From: Acidimicrobiia bacterium
GTDB lineage: Bacteria > Actinomycetota > Acidimicrobiia > Spongiisociales > ZC4RG35
Assembly (NCBI GenBank): GCA_965215185.1
Contig: OZ244034.1
Location: 1,439,569-1,503,568, forward strand
Length of the DNA stretch: 64,000 nt
Direction of reading: 5' to 3'
A program made the position numbers and the translations under genes. The notes beneath the pieces were generated by a model, which was given only the letters and a program-made list of their open reading frames with translations, did no database searches and was not told where the DNA came from. Each line of letters opens with the position of its first letter. The first letter of the stretch is position 1. Shown piece by piece: positions 27,692-37,302 of the stretch.

Positions 27692-28825
27692 ATGACTGCG
27701 ACCAATATCACATCGGTTCCCACTGTGGGGGATGCCCGAAGGGTGGCCGATGTGTTGCCGGGTAGCGTGTTGCTGTTCGGTAGCGTCGCCAAGAACAAGG
27801 CCACTTCCCGGTCGGACATCGACCTTCTGGTCATCCTCGACCACATAGACAGAGACGACCAGAGGCAACTGTTGATGTATCTGGATCACCTGGAAAACAT
27901 GGCCTACGAAGTAGACGAGCGGGCGAACATAGTGGTGATCGACTGGCCGGAGTGGGAATCCCGCCGGAGGGTGCCTCCCAGGGTGGAACACGCAGCCGAC
28001 GCACACGGCATTTGGTTATGTAGACATTCTCCCGGACCTTCTGTAGAATGGGGGAAGATGAAAGACATTCGGCAGGAAACTACGGATACTCTGTGTCACC
28101 ATTTGAGCAACGTTGAAGCCCACCTTAGCCATGCGAACAATCAACTACATCCAAACCATGAGGAACGTTATTGCATTAAGACTCGGGACGAAGATTCGTA
28201 CTGGGGGCAGGTGCGGTTCCGGCTGTCGGCGCTAAACCACTTTTGCCATGTGGTGCTTGAAGAGTCCCTGTTAGCGCTATGTTGTCTGACCGGACAGCCT
28301 TACCATAAGGATCGCCAACACAAGCTGACGAGAATCTTTGAGCGGCTTCCCGACGAACTGCAACGTGTCATGTTGAACATGGATCCCCCCTTGGACGAAG
28401 AGGCCATGGTGTGGATACAGAAGTGGCGGAATGTCAGCACTTACGAGGATGCCTTGCGTCTGTCTACCACTCCCGAGACCACCGAGAAGTTGGGATGGGT
28501 CGCCTCTGATGTGGCCTCACTCACCCACCAAATGGTAGATGTGGCCATCGGAACAACAATCTACGGCGTCTACACAGCCACCATCGCCGACCTAGTAGTT
28601 CGCTTCGTGTATATGGAAGCCAACAATGGAAAACCCGCGTTTGTTGTCACAAACCAATTGGAGGGCAGGGTAGCAATTATGGGTCGAATAATAGATCGGA
28701 TGCGCGTAAGGCTATCCACCAAGGAGTGGCTGTATCCGGGCGGCGTGCCGCCCCACGGGTGGAAATTACCTCCGGCACACCAACCACCCAATGTGTATCT
28801 TCCGTGGGGCGAAACCTGGGACTAG
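27692..28825 (+). CDS. Minimal nucleotidyltransferase (Pol-beta superfamily) domain protein with about 270-aa uncharacterised C-terminal domain
   Basis: LLFGSVAKNKATSRSDIDLLVILD is a canonical GS...DxD NTase motif; C-terminal part contains RLSALNH (Rx5H, HEPN-like). Confidence 0.55.
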   Translation: MTATNITSVPTVGDARRVADVLPGSVLLFGSVAKNKATSRSDIDLLVILDHIDRDDQRQLLMYLDHLENMAYEVDERANIVVIDWPEWESRRRVPPRVEHAADAHGIWLCRHSPGPSVEWGKMKDIRQETTDTLCHHLSNVEAHLSHANNQLHPNHEERYCIKTRDEDSYWGQVRFRLSALNHFCHVVLEESLLALCCLTGQPYHKDRQHKLTRIFERLPDELQRVMLNMDPPLDEEAMVWIQKWRNVSTYEDALRLSTTPETTEKLGWVASDVASLTHQMVDVAIGTTIYGVYTATIADLVVRFVYMEANNGKPAFVVTNQLEGRVAIMGRIIDRMRVRLSTKEWLYPGGVPPHGWKLPPAHQPPNVYLPWGETWD

Positions 28826-28856
28826 GCGGGACACTGCCGCCCTAAATATCTGACAC

Positions 28857-29300
28857 TCACATCAGAGATGTCTGCGCATGCCGCGTTTGGCGGGAATGCC
28901 CCTCCGTACATCCCCTCATAGACACACCCTCCGTCATATAACAACTAGAGCACACCGCGTCGGGAAACACGAGTTCATGTCCCACCCGACCCCGGGGATT
29001 CCACATGAGAAAGCCTCGGGCGCATACGTTGATTACAGAGTTGATGTCTCTGCATATGGGTAGTCCACACTGTTCGCACCGGAAGATCCGTGCCGAGAGG
29101 GGCATCTTCTGGCGATGCCCGCATCGGGAACAGTCGGTGGAGTCGCCCGACCTACCCGGGCAAGTGGTGGAAATGGGGGGAAAGCCGCACACGCGGTACA
29201 TCACCCCCGGCGCCGAGCCGATCATCGCCACTGCCCGGGTCGCCGTCCTGTGTCCATGGGAGTCGCCCGTCGAACTGGTCGACTCAGGCTTGTCTGAGGA
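28857..29300 (-). pseudogene. IS200/IS605-family TnpB (OrfB) C-terminal fragment
   Basis: CSRCGHRQKMPLSARIFRCEQCGLPICRDINSVINVCARG is the TnpB zinc finger plus RuvC-III motif. Confidence 0.55.
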
Positions 29301-29529
29301 GGAGATAAACGAGAAGGCTCTGATATCCGGCTCCCTCGAGCAAGCGGCACTCAGGAGGCAGATGTCCCCCTTTCCCGCCAACAAGTCGGTGACTGAGCAT
29401 CTGTGGACGATCATGCAGACAGACGCCTCTCCCCTGTCCTCTTTGCCCTGATGCCCGGCCGTGTACGCTTGGCAACTGCGGGTGCGCTTTGAGACCGACG
29501 ACGGAGGGTCCACCGAGGAATCGTGGGAG

Positions 29530-29847
29530 ACCATCCACAAGCGTCAGAAGATGCCCTTGGAAGTGAGGATGTGCCGGTGCGAGCAGTGTGGGCTGGTCAT
29601 GTGCAGAGACGTCAACTCTGCCGTCAATGTACGCGCCCGGGGCTTTCCTACCCATAAACCTCGGGGTCGGGTGGGTCATGACCTGGTGTATCCCGACGCG
29701 GTGCGCTATGCAAACCTCTGTTGTAAGACAGTGATCGGTTCAGGCCGAACGATGCAGGCAGACACCGCAGAACAGTATCACCTAGATGACTCTGTCAACC
29801 TAGGTAGACGCAAACCCCCAGAACACGGCCAGCGGGGTTATCGCTAA
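29530..29847 (+). pseudogene. Second, diverged TnpB C-terminal fragment in inverted orientation
   Basis: HKRQKMPLEVRMCRCEQCGLVMCRDVNSAVNVRARGF is paralogous to the minus-strand fragment. Confidence 0.55.
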
Positions 29848-30047
29848 GCGAAGAACGCCGTCTAGGCGTTCGGGATCTATCCATCCCGAACCTCCCAACA
29901 CCACCGCTGTGAACCATACTCCCCACCAACCCCCCAGCAATTGCTGATCACCTTCGTCTTGCTGCATCCAAGCGGCATGCTCCCGACGGATGCGGGTCCA
30001 CTCTTTATGTAAGCCCTTTGGCACCATTCCTGCTTACCCGTGCTCGA

Positions 30048-31000
30048 TCAGGCCTGGACACCGAAGTTATCCGATCGGGCGGTTACCTCCATTACAGCGT
30101 CCTCGCTCGGCCGGGGGTACCGGTCGAGCCTTCTGCGGTCGTGGTGGCGGCTTTTGGCCTGCAACAGTGCCGTGTTCACTGAGTCCTGAGCTAGATGGGT
30201 AAGGCAGGGGTGGCGGAGTTGGTGGAGTGTCCATCCGCCAACCTGGCTGCCGGCTTCTGTCTGCGCGGTGGCGCGTTTGAAGATCCGGGCGGCGCGGTGG
30301 TAGGTCAGCGGGCCAGCCCCGTGCCAGGGCAGAGATCTCGCGCCGGGAGGATCGCCTGCGGTTTGCGGTGGGTGACGAATACAGACCCCCGGCGACGCCC
30401 GGCCAGGTACCGAGGAAGCAGTCGGTCGGTACCAGAGGCCCAATGGATACGTTGACGATGCCCACCCTTGCCGATGATGGTCGCTCCGTTGTGGGACAAG
30501 TCCAAGTCCTCAATGTTCAACGCCAGGACTTCGCTGGCCAGTGCTGCGGTCTCGTACAGCATTCGCCACATAGTTTTCTCCCACAGGTCAATATCTCGCC
30601 GGCACCAGAGCGGTGCCAAGGTGTCGAGCGGGATCGCTTTGGTCTCGTCGCGCTCGATACGCCCCGGCTCGACCCGTACCATCGGCTCGTCGGTGATCCA
30701 GTTGCGTCTCTCGCAGAAAGCCATCAACGACCTAGCCCTGATGCGATGGGTGTTCCAGGTGGACGGCATGGCCCCTCGGTCGTGTCCCCATCGCCGGAGG
30801 AACGCCGCCCCGACCGCTTCCGCCTCGATACGGTTGATCGGGATCTCCCAGCCCAGCTCGTCACCGAGAGCGTCGAGCGTCTGCTGGTAGCCGCGGCGGC
30901 TGTTCGGTCGCAGCTCCTTGGCGGCGAAGAAAGTCTCAACGGCCGTGCGGATCACCGGCCCGCGACGATAGTCGGCCAAGACTGCAACTGGACTGGTCAT
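30048..31000 (-). pseudogene. Tyrosine recombinase / phage-type integrase, frameshifted
   Basis: ORF 30305..31000 carries the core-binding and N-terminal catalytic parts; ORF 30048..30443, in another frame, carries AARIFKRAT...HQLRHPCLTHL...LDRY (HxxR...Y catalytic tail). Confidence 0.65.
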
Positions 31001-31307
31001 TGGTCAAATCCCCTCTTTAGGTCAGATGTTTCGCTGGGGTCATGCAGAAAGGCTAAATGCGGAACGCCAGCAAGCAGCGCATTGTCGAACCGGTCTAGGA
31101 CAGATATTGAGGGAATATCTGACCTATTTGGGCCGAGCCCAGCCCGGTACGGCTCGGAGCATTCTTGTTGACCGACTCCCGGTCCGGACATTGGGAAATG
31201 CAGCAGCCTGATGGGCGGTGCCGTCGGCTGTGGCTTGGCCCTTGGGGTGCATCCGGGCGTTCGGAGGTGGAAGGTCCATATCCGGCCGAAGCCTCTTACG
31301 TGAAGAC

Positions 31308-32648
31308 TCATAAGCCAATATCGAAAGCTGTGGAGCCGTTGGGTCGCAACTGGGGATGGGCTTCGCTTGGGTCGTCCAACCAAGCTGGCGCGTCCCTGGC
31401 CGTGGGGCTTTGTAGCGACAAGTCTCTGTCCAGCCGTGTGATAAGACCGATGACATCGGGTGTTTCGAACACCCGGTAACGTTCCTTGCCGATAGTCCTG
31501 ACTTTAAGCACACCCGATTCGGTGAGTTGGTTCACGGCCTGACCGGTAGCCACCGTCGACCGACGGATCATCATGCCAGCCGAGCGAACGGTGAAGATGG
31601 GCCAAGCAGCTAACCCACCCAAGAGCAGGTCTGCTGCGGACCCCTTGCGAACTGGTCCCGCCCGGGAGCGCAGGTCTGCCTCTAGGGAGGACACGGCTTG
31701 CAGATAGTTGTGCGCCTCGTGGCAGGCGTCCTGGGTAGCCTCCGAGAACAGACCCAGCCATTCCTCCGCGCTGTGGTCGCGAGCTGGGTCGTCGGCCGAT
31801 CCCACATGTCGCCACGCTCTAAGACCCTCGAAGTAGGCATCGCGGGAGCGGGCCAGCACGGCGCTGATGGGCGGCACAAACGCCGGAGCAACACCCCTCC
31901 TCCGGAGAACGGCGTGGATCAAGGCGCGTCCAACCCGGCCGTTACCGTCGGCGAACGGGTGAATTGTCTCAAACTGGGCGTGGGCGACTCCCGCTTGCAG
32001 CAGCGGCGGAACATCTGATCGGTTCACAAAGGCCACAAGATCCTCCAGGAGCGCAGGAACTTCCTCAGGTGGAGGAGGAACAAAAGAAGCACCCACCGGC
32101 GTGTAGCTCGAAGCACCGATCCAGTTTTGGACATCCCGAACCCAGCCTCCCAAACCAGGATGCGCAGACGCTGCCATCAGCCGCCGGTGCACCTCCAACA
32201 GATCGTCCGATCGTAGCGGCCCCCCACCAGAAGCCAAACGGATCGCTTCTTCCATCGCTTCGATGTTTGCCAACACCTCCACCGCTCGCCGATCCGACGA
32301 CCGGCTCCCCTCACGGTGTTCGGCCTCCGCTGTAAGCAACCGCCGCGGGGCAAGCTCGATCTCCTCTATCCTCGACGACGCCATAGCTTCCACCCGCAGC
32401 AGCACATGGGAAAAGGTGTCCAACGGGTGGGGGCCACTTCCTGCGTACCGCCTGTTCAGCGCCGCCACCGCTGTCTCGGCTTCACCCACCGTTGCCATCA
32501 ACTCCAGCGACAAGCGAGGCGCCCACCCTGAGAGACAGTCTGGCACATAAGCCTCGTACCGCCCCCCGCGTCTCTTTCTCGCCACCGAGGCGTCGAACCG
32601 GGAGCGCCAGTACCTAGCGACATACCGGCCCATAACCTTTCCTCCCAA
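31308..32648 (-). CDS. Fic/DOC family protein (AMPylator-type) with C-terminal winged-helix domain
   Basis: Canonical Fic motif HPFADGNGRVGRAL. Confidence 0.8.
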   Translation of the reverse strand: MGGKVMGRYVARYWRSRFDASVARKRRGGRYEAYVPDCLSGWAPRLSLELMATVGEAETAVAALNRRYAGSGPHPLDTFSHVLLRVEAMASSRIEEIELAPRRLLTAEAEHREGSRSSDRRAVEVLANIEAMEEAIRLASGGGPLRSDDLLEVHRRLMAASAHPGLGGWVRDVQNWIGASSYTPVGASFVPPPPEEVPALLEDLVAFVNRSDVPPLLQAGVAHAQFETIHPFADGNGRVGRALIHAVLRRRGVAPAFVPPISAVLARSRDAYFEGLRAWRHVGSADDPARDHSAEEWLGLFSEATQDACHEAHNYLQAVSSLEADLRSRAGPVRKGSAADLLLGGLAAWPIFTVRSAGMMIRRSTVATGQAVNQLTESGVLKVRTIGKERYRVFETPDVIGLITRLDRDLSLQSPTARDAPAWLDDPSEAHPQLRPNGSTAFDIGL

Positions 32649-32690
32649 CTAACCTAACAACAGCATCAACTCTAACCTTAGCTTACAGAG

Positions 32691-33203
32691 GTGGAGCGGT
32701 CGGTAGGGTTCTCCGGTATGAGCAAACCGGTGGAGTGGGGATCCCTTGAGCTGCCGATCCGGCCCGACACCATCATCTCGGAACCGGCCGAGCCTAGGCG
32801 TCCACTTCGGGCCTGCCACCTGCCGGCCATCATGGATGAGGACGACTGGTTCGATGCCTACCGGTACGCGCTCATCCAGTTCGTAGCCGACTGGAACCAC
32901 TCTAACGATCCAGAAGCGTTGATCGCTGACCCTCCTGTGTATGAGGGCGATGACTGGCGGCTTCTGCCCACCATCGCCTCAGTGGTGCATGCTCTGGCGG
33001 ACAGAAAGACTCTGACCGTACCCGAATGGGTATGGGGACACAAAGCACCCGAAGAATGGGTGGTGTTCTGCGATCCTCCCGGTTCCTATTTCTGGCGGCT
33101 GGAAAAGCCGAAGGCACCCTCTACCTGCCTCCACCATCGGGTCTATTTCAATCCACGGCTGTTGGACAAAGGCACCCCCGACTGGTGGCTGCCCTGGAAC
33201 TAG
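32691..33203 (+). CDS. Hypothetical protein divergent from fic
   Basis: 170-aa ORF, no recognisable motif. Confidence 0.3.
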   Translation: MERSVGFSGMSKPVEWGSLELPIRPDTIISEPAEPRRPLRACHLPAIMDEDDWFDAYRYALIQFVADWNHSNDPEALIADPPVYEGDDWRLLPTIASVVHALADRKTLTVPEWVWGHKAPEEWVVFCDPPGSYFWRLEKPKAPSTCLHHRVYFNPRLLDKGTPDWWLPWN

Positions 33204-33613
33204 ACCGACACTCCATCCTCCTGCTCATCCAAAAGGTTGATAAGCAACTGGAAGCCATCACCACCCGGCGGCATAACCTGATGATCGCAGGAGGTGCAGC
33301 GGTGGCTTTGCTGTGGGATGATCAGGTATTTTGCCTTCCTACCCAAGAACGGCCTGCCCCCACTATGAGCAGCACTAGGATTCCTGTGCCGGTCCCATGG
33401 TGCTCTTCGACTAACCGTCACTCACCAGCACCATCCGAAAAATGACCCATGAATGGCCCTTGACACCCCAATGCTTCGGACAGCGTTCACAGCGTATGAA
33501 CCTAAAGGGCTCTTCGCGAAGCCTCACCTAAAGACCCGATAAGGGTTGCTAGTGTTACCGTAAGTGATACCAGACCCCGTCATAACGCCTCTGACCAGGG
33601 GAAACAGGGGTTG

Positions 33614-33686
33614 TGGGCGTTGACGGAATCGAACCGCCGACCTCTTCCTTGTAAGGGAAGCGCTCTTCCATCTGAGCTAAACGCCC
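33614..33686 (-). tRNA. tRNA-Val (anticodon TAC)
   Basis: Reverse complement GGGCGTTTAGCTCAGATGGAAGAGCGCTTCCCTTACAAGGAAGAGGTCGGCGGTTCGATTCCGTCAACGCCCA folds as a cloverleaf with GTTCGATTC T-loop and anticodon loop CTTACAA; CCA is not encoded. Confidence 0.8.
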
Positions 33687-33717
33687 GGCCGTCTCCCTAT
33701 ATTACGACCTCTGTCGA

Positions 33718-34089
33718 TCAGGCGGTCTTTTCCATCGGCGACAGCTCGTGCACTAACTCCCACAGTTCCTTTCTCGAGGCTTCCACCGGCAAGGATGCCT
33801 CATCGGCCCGGGGCCGACCCGGAGGCCTCTTGCGGTAGTAGGCATTGCCATCCCAGAACAGAATGCCTCCCCAGACCCCGTATTCCATTTCCGTGGTCAA
33901 GGCGTACTCAAGGCAAGCCACCCGAGCATTCAGTGGACAGGTGCCGCAAATCAGCTGGGCGACTCGAACGGCTTCACTTTCGTTGGTGAAGAAGCCGTAA
34001 GTCTCAACGGAGCCGTAACAGGCGCCGTTGCTCTCCAGCGTATTCCTCAATATTTCCAGTCTGGTTGATAGGTTCATTTGTATCTCCAA
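33718..34089 (-). CDS. WhiB-family transcriptional regulator
   Basis: Four Cys in the WhiB arrangement (C..ICGTCP..C) and the GVWGG motif. Confidence 0.75.
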   Translation of the reverse strand: MEIQMNLSTRLEILRNTLESNGACYGSVETYGFFTNESEAVRVAQLICGTCPLNARVACLEYALTTEMEYGVWGGILFWDGNAYYRKRPPGRPRADEASLPVEASRKELWELVHELSPMEKTA

Positions 34090-34405
34090 ATAAAAAGAGC
34101 CGCCTTCCGGCGGCTCCGCAAACGATGGCTGGTTGTCAGTCAGGTCATTGGCTTGTGGTCCGCCCTTTTTCTTGGCAGGATTTCCGCATCATGCTTCGCG
34201 CCCGGGAGCGCTGCATGATGGGTGGTCGGCAGGGTTGACCAGACACGCACAGATGTCGGGCCCATCCCGTGTGCTGTGTGATGCGTCACAATCGGCTCCT
34301 CATTTGTCAGGCCTCTTTCTTTCCTTGATTCGGCCTCTTATTAAGTATGACATCCTTTTAACGTTTTCGTTTCCTATTTTCTTCCGGTTTCTTTTCCGGG
34401 GGCGG

Positions 34406-36007
34406 TCAGATCAGGCTGTTGGAAATCGCTTCCAACCCGCCGGACCGGTCCGATCCCAGATCAACCCGCAGTACCCGGCGACCCACCCTCCGGAGGGCAG
34501 AGTAGTCGCCCTCCGCCTGAGCCGAGATCAATTTGGCGAAGCCATAATCGGCATCGGGAACTTCGATGTCTAGGGCGGGATCGTCCACAATCTGCAGGAA
34601 CACCCCGCTCGAAGGTCCCCCTTTGTGTATCTGTCCGGTGGAATGAAGAAATCTGGGACCATATCCAAAGGTGGTAGCCGCACCACTCATCTGCGTAATC
34701 CGGCGTCTGATCCCACCGACCTGCTCCTCCATTTCGGCGCCGGGAGGAAGATAAGCCTGGATCCCCAGATACTCTCCGGCTTTCAATTCTTGGATCATGC
34801 GTTTGATCATCATCGCGGCTTGGGGAGATTGGGCGAGTACCAGGTCTTCTCTCACCACCTGCCCCGACCGTCCCATCGCCACCGAAGCCAGCCGTTTGGC
34901 TTCTTCCACATCAGGCTGATCGAAGGGGTTGACTCGCAGCACCTCCCCAGCCGCCGACACCGCCAACTCAGCGCGGAGAATCTCCGCTCCCATGTCCAGT
35001 CGGTCCTTCAAAGCGATTCGCGCCCAAGTCCGTCCCGGGGGACCCACCGCGGCCTCGCCTGCCAGATCCCATTGTAAGAAGAGCCGGTCTTTTCCATACA
35101 TACCCGACGGCAAGATCGGCTCCCCTGCCACCGGGATAATTCCGAGCCCGTTCTTGCCGAGACTCTCGGCCACGAGCTGCTCCATCCAGGCAGGGAAGGC
35201 AGACAGACCCTCCGATGTGTGGAGTGTGAGTTTGTCCATACCGGCCACCGCAGCGGCCCCCAACGCCAATCCCAACCCCACTGCGGGGTTCTCACCGGCT
35301 GACCGGCGTCCGTGGTCCGCCATCTCCCGGGCCCGGCCCAGGAGCGCCGCAAGGTCAACCCCAATCAGGGCGGCGGGAACCAAGCCAAAGACACTGAAAG
35401 CTGAAAAGCGCCCCCCTACGTCGGCAGGGGCGTTGAACACCGCTCGAAACCCCCGTTCGCGCGCCAGTTCGTCCAGGGGAGTGCCGCGGTCGGTGATGGC
35501 CACAAACCGGGACCCCTCTCCGGAACTTCGTTTCCAAAAATGCCGATAGAAGGACAAGGTCTCCACCGTGGTACCCGACTTGGAAGAAACCACAAAGAGA
35601 GTGCGGGCCGGATCCAACCGGCGAGTGAGGGAATCCACCGCTTCCGGATGCGTGGAGTCGAGGATCGTGAGGCGAGGAAAACCCGCCACCGACCCGAACA
35701 TCGAGAAGAACATCTCAGGAGCCAGGCTGGAGCCACCCATGCCCATCAGCACCACATCCTCCACCCCTTCGCATGCCACGTCCTCGGCCAGTTCGGTGAT
35801 CTCTTCCAACTGCGACTGCATGGTCTCGGCAAGGTCCATCCATCCCAGCCATTGGTGGGCGGTGGGCGCCGCCTTCCCCCACACCGAGGCGTCGGATGCC
35901 CACAGCTTTGACACCAAATCCTCCCTTTCCCACCTGCGGACCACTTCGCTCCATCCATCCAACCCAGCCAGGTCGTCGGAATACCGTAGAGGCCCCACAG
36001 ACATCAT
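34406..36007 (-). CDS. pgi: Glucose-6-phosphate isomerase
   Basis: PGI layout with GMGGSSL and VGGRFS segments; start probably at MMSVGPLRY. Confidence 0.7.
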   Translation of the reverse strand: MMSVGPLRYSDDLAGLDGWSEVVRRWEREDLVSKLWASDASVWGKAAPTAHQWLGWMDLAETMQSQLEEITELAEDVACEGVEDVVLMGMGGSSLAPEMFFSMFGSVAGFPRLTILDSTHPEAVDSLTRRLDPARTLFVVSSKSGTTVETLSFYRHFWKRSSGEGSRFVAITDRGTPLDELARERGFRAVFNAPADVGGRFSAFSVFGLVPAALIGVDLAALLGRAREMADHGRRSAGENPAVGLGLALGAAAVAGMDKLTLHTSEGLSAFPAWMEQLVAESLGKNGLGIIPVAGEPILPSGMYGKDRLFLQWDLAGEAAVGPPGRTWARIALKDRLDMGAEILRAELAVSAAGEVLRVNPFDQPDVEEAKRLASVAMGRSGQVVREDLVLAQSPQAAMMIKRMIQELKAGEYLGIQAYLPPGAEMEEQVGGIRRRITQMSGAATTFGYGPRFLHSTGQIHKGGPSSGVFLQIVDDPALDIEVPDADYGFAKLISAQAEGDYSALRRVGRRVLRVDLGSDRSGGLEAISNSLI

Positions 36008-37302
36008 TCCACCGGTGCCCCGGGTACAAGGGAGGCGGCTTTGCCCTCCACCTGCGAAGTCCACACCACCGCTATCTCCTGATCAGCTTCAACCAGATAA
36101 CCGGGGAGATCCTCGGCCAAACCAGTGAGTTCGCTCAAATCGAAAGCAATCACCGATTCGGGGGAAACAGTCACCTGAAATGAGTAGGCACCCTGAGCCG
36201 CGCCCGACACGGTGACCGCCGCCGGCAGTTCCGAAGGGTTGAGAAGCCAGGCCTGGTTTTCCCTTTGCTCATCGTCCCCGGCGCCCGGCAGGAGCCAACG
36301 CGTGGAGAGCCCCCTCGCCCCCGGACCGACGGCCAACATACCCTCCCCCTCTATTCGTAGCCCTGCCACCAGCGCAACTGTGCCCGAAACCCGGATCCCT
36401 CTCACCCCATCAGGTAGGTCGGACAAGGAAATGGACACCAACTGGCCAGGCAGGAAGTCCTCTTCGACATAGCCGATGAACGGGCCGGCCTCGGTGAAAA
36501 GGTCCAGCCGGTAAGTGAAGGGAGAGCCAGATGGGGAAGCGATGAGCAGATGGGTCTCGGCTTGCCCTAGGAGGGGAACCGGCAACCACCAATCGGTGTG
36601 GGGGACCACCCCCTCAATCATTGCCGTCTCACCCCTCCCGGTCTGTTGCAACAACAGGGAAACTCGGCCCGGAGAAGAATTAACCTGCGCCGACAAGAAC
36701 CTGCGCAGCCGCAACGACTCGTCGATACTCACATTCACGGCTTTCCCGGCCGGCACGAAAATCTCTTGCAGTGGGGGCGGGGTGTCTTCTCCCAACTCGC
36801 TGGTGATTGCAACCCGGGAGACCGCATCCAACACGTAGGGGTTGTACAGAATCAGATCAAGAGTCTCATCGGCCTGAGTGGAACCGCCCAAAGATATCAA
36901 CTGATCGGAGGATTCCCCGCACATCCAGGCAGAGACCGATTGAGGAGCGATGTTCAGCATTCCGGCCCCCGACCACCCCGGGCCACTTTCCACCAATAAG
37001 ACACTGGTCCCGGACGGCGCTGGTCCCAGCCAGCCTCCGGTGTCTCCCAAATCCGCCTCGCCGTACGATGACCATTCGCCGCCCGACGCGCGCAATAGTT
37101 CTACACCTCCTCCACGGGAGGCCATCAGGGCGATCTGAGTGTCGGAGCGGAGAAAGTCGGCCAGCGGGCAAACCAAATGATCCGGCGACCCCGAATAGGT
37201 TGACGGGGACTCGGCAGGGGAATCAGTCGGCGACTCGACCACAATCGCCCAAGTCAGAACCCCCAACAGCAAACCCATCATCCCAACCGCCACCCCCCTC
37301 AT
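36004..37302 (-). CDS. Secreted/membrane-anchored hypothetical protein (DUF5719-like)
   Basis: N-terminal TM helix/signal (MRGVAVGMMGLLLGVLTWAIV); start placed just after the upstream gene's stop. Confidence 0.4.
   Translation of the reverse strand: MRGVAVGMMGLLLGVLTWAIVVESPTDSPAESPSTYSGSPDHLVCPLADFLRSDTQIALMASRGGGVELLRASGGEWSSYGEADLGDTGGWLGPAPSGTSVLLVESGPGWSGAGMLNIAPQSVSAWMCGESSDQLISLGGSTQADETLDLILYNPYVLDAVSRVAITSELGEDTPPPLQEIFVPAGKAVNVSIDESLRLRRFLSAQVNSSPGRVSLLLQQTGRGETAMIEGVVPHTDWWLPVPLLGQAETHLLIASPSGSPFTYRLDLFTEAGPFIGYVEEDFLPGQLVSISLSDLPDGVRGIRVSGTVALVAGLRIEGEGMLAVGPGARGLSTRWLLPGAGDDEQRENQAWLLNPSELPAAVTVSGAAQGAYSFQVTVSPESVIAFDLSELTGLAEDLPGYLVEADQEIAVVWTSQVEGKAASLVPGAPVE

Noticed and set aside
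27529-27765. 78-aa Cys-rich ORF (CX9CX2CX5C) between the membrane-protein and NTase genes
   Set aside because: It overlaps the upstream gene by 44 nt and the NTase N-terminal helix by at least 45 nt in a different frame. The NTase N-terminus (VGDARRVADVL…GS) must be translated, so this ORF is probably not a real independent gene.
30305-30443. Treating the two integrase ORFs as separate genes or as a programmed frameshift
   Set aside because: The two frames together reconstruct one canonical tyrosine recombinase. There is no slippery heptamer, and all other mobility genes in the island are decayed, so a simple inactivating frameshift (or sequencing error) is the parsimonious reading.
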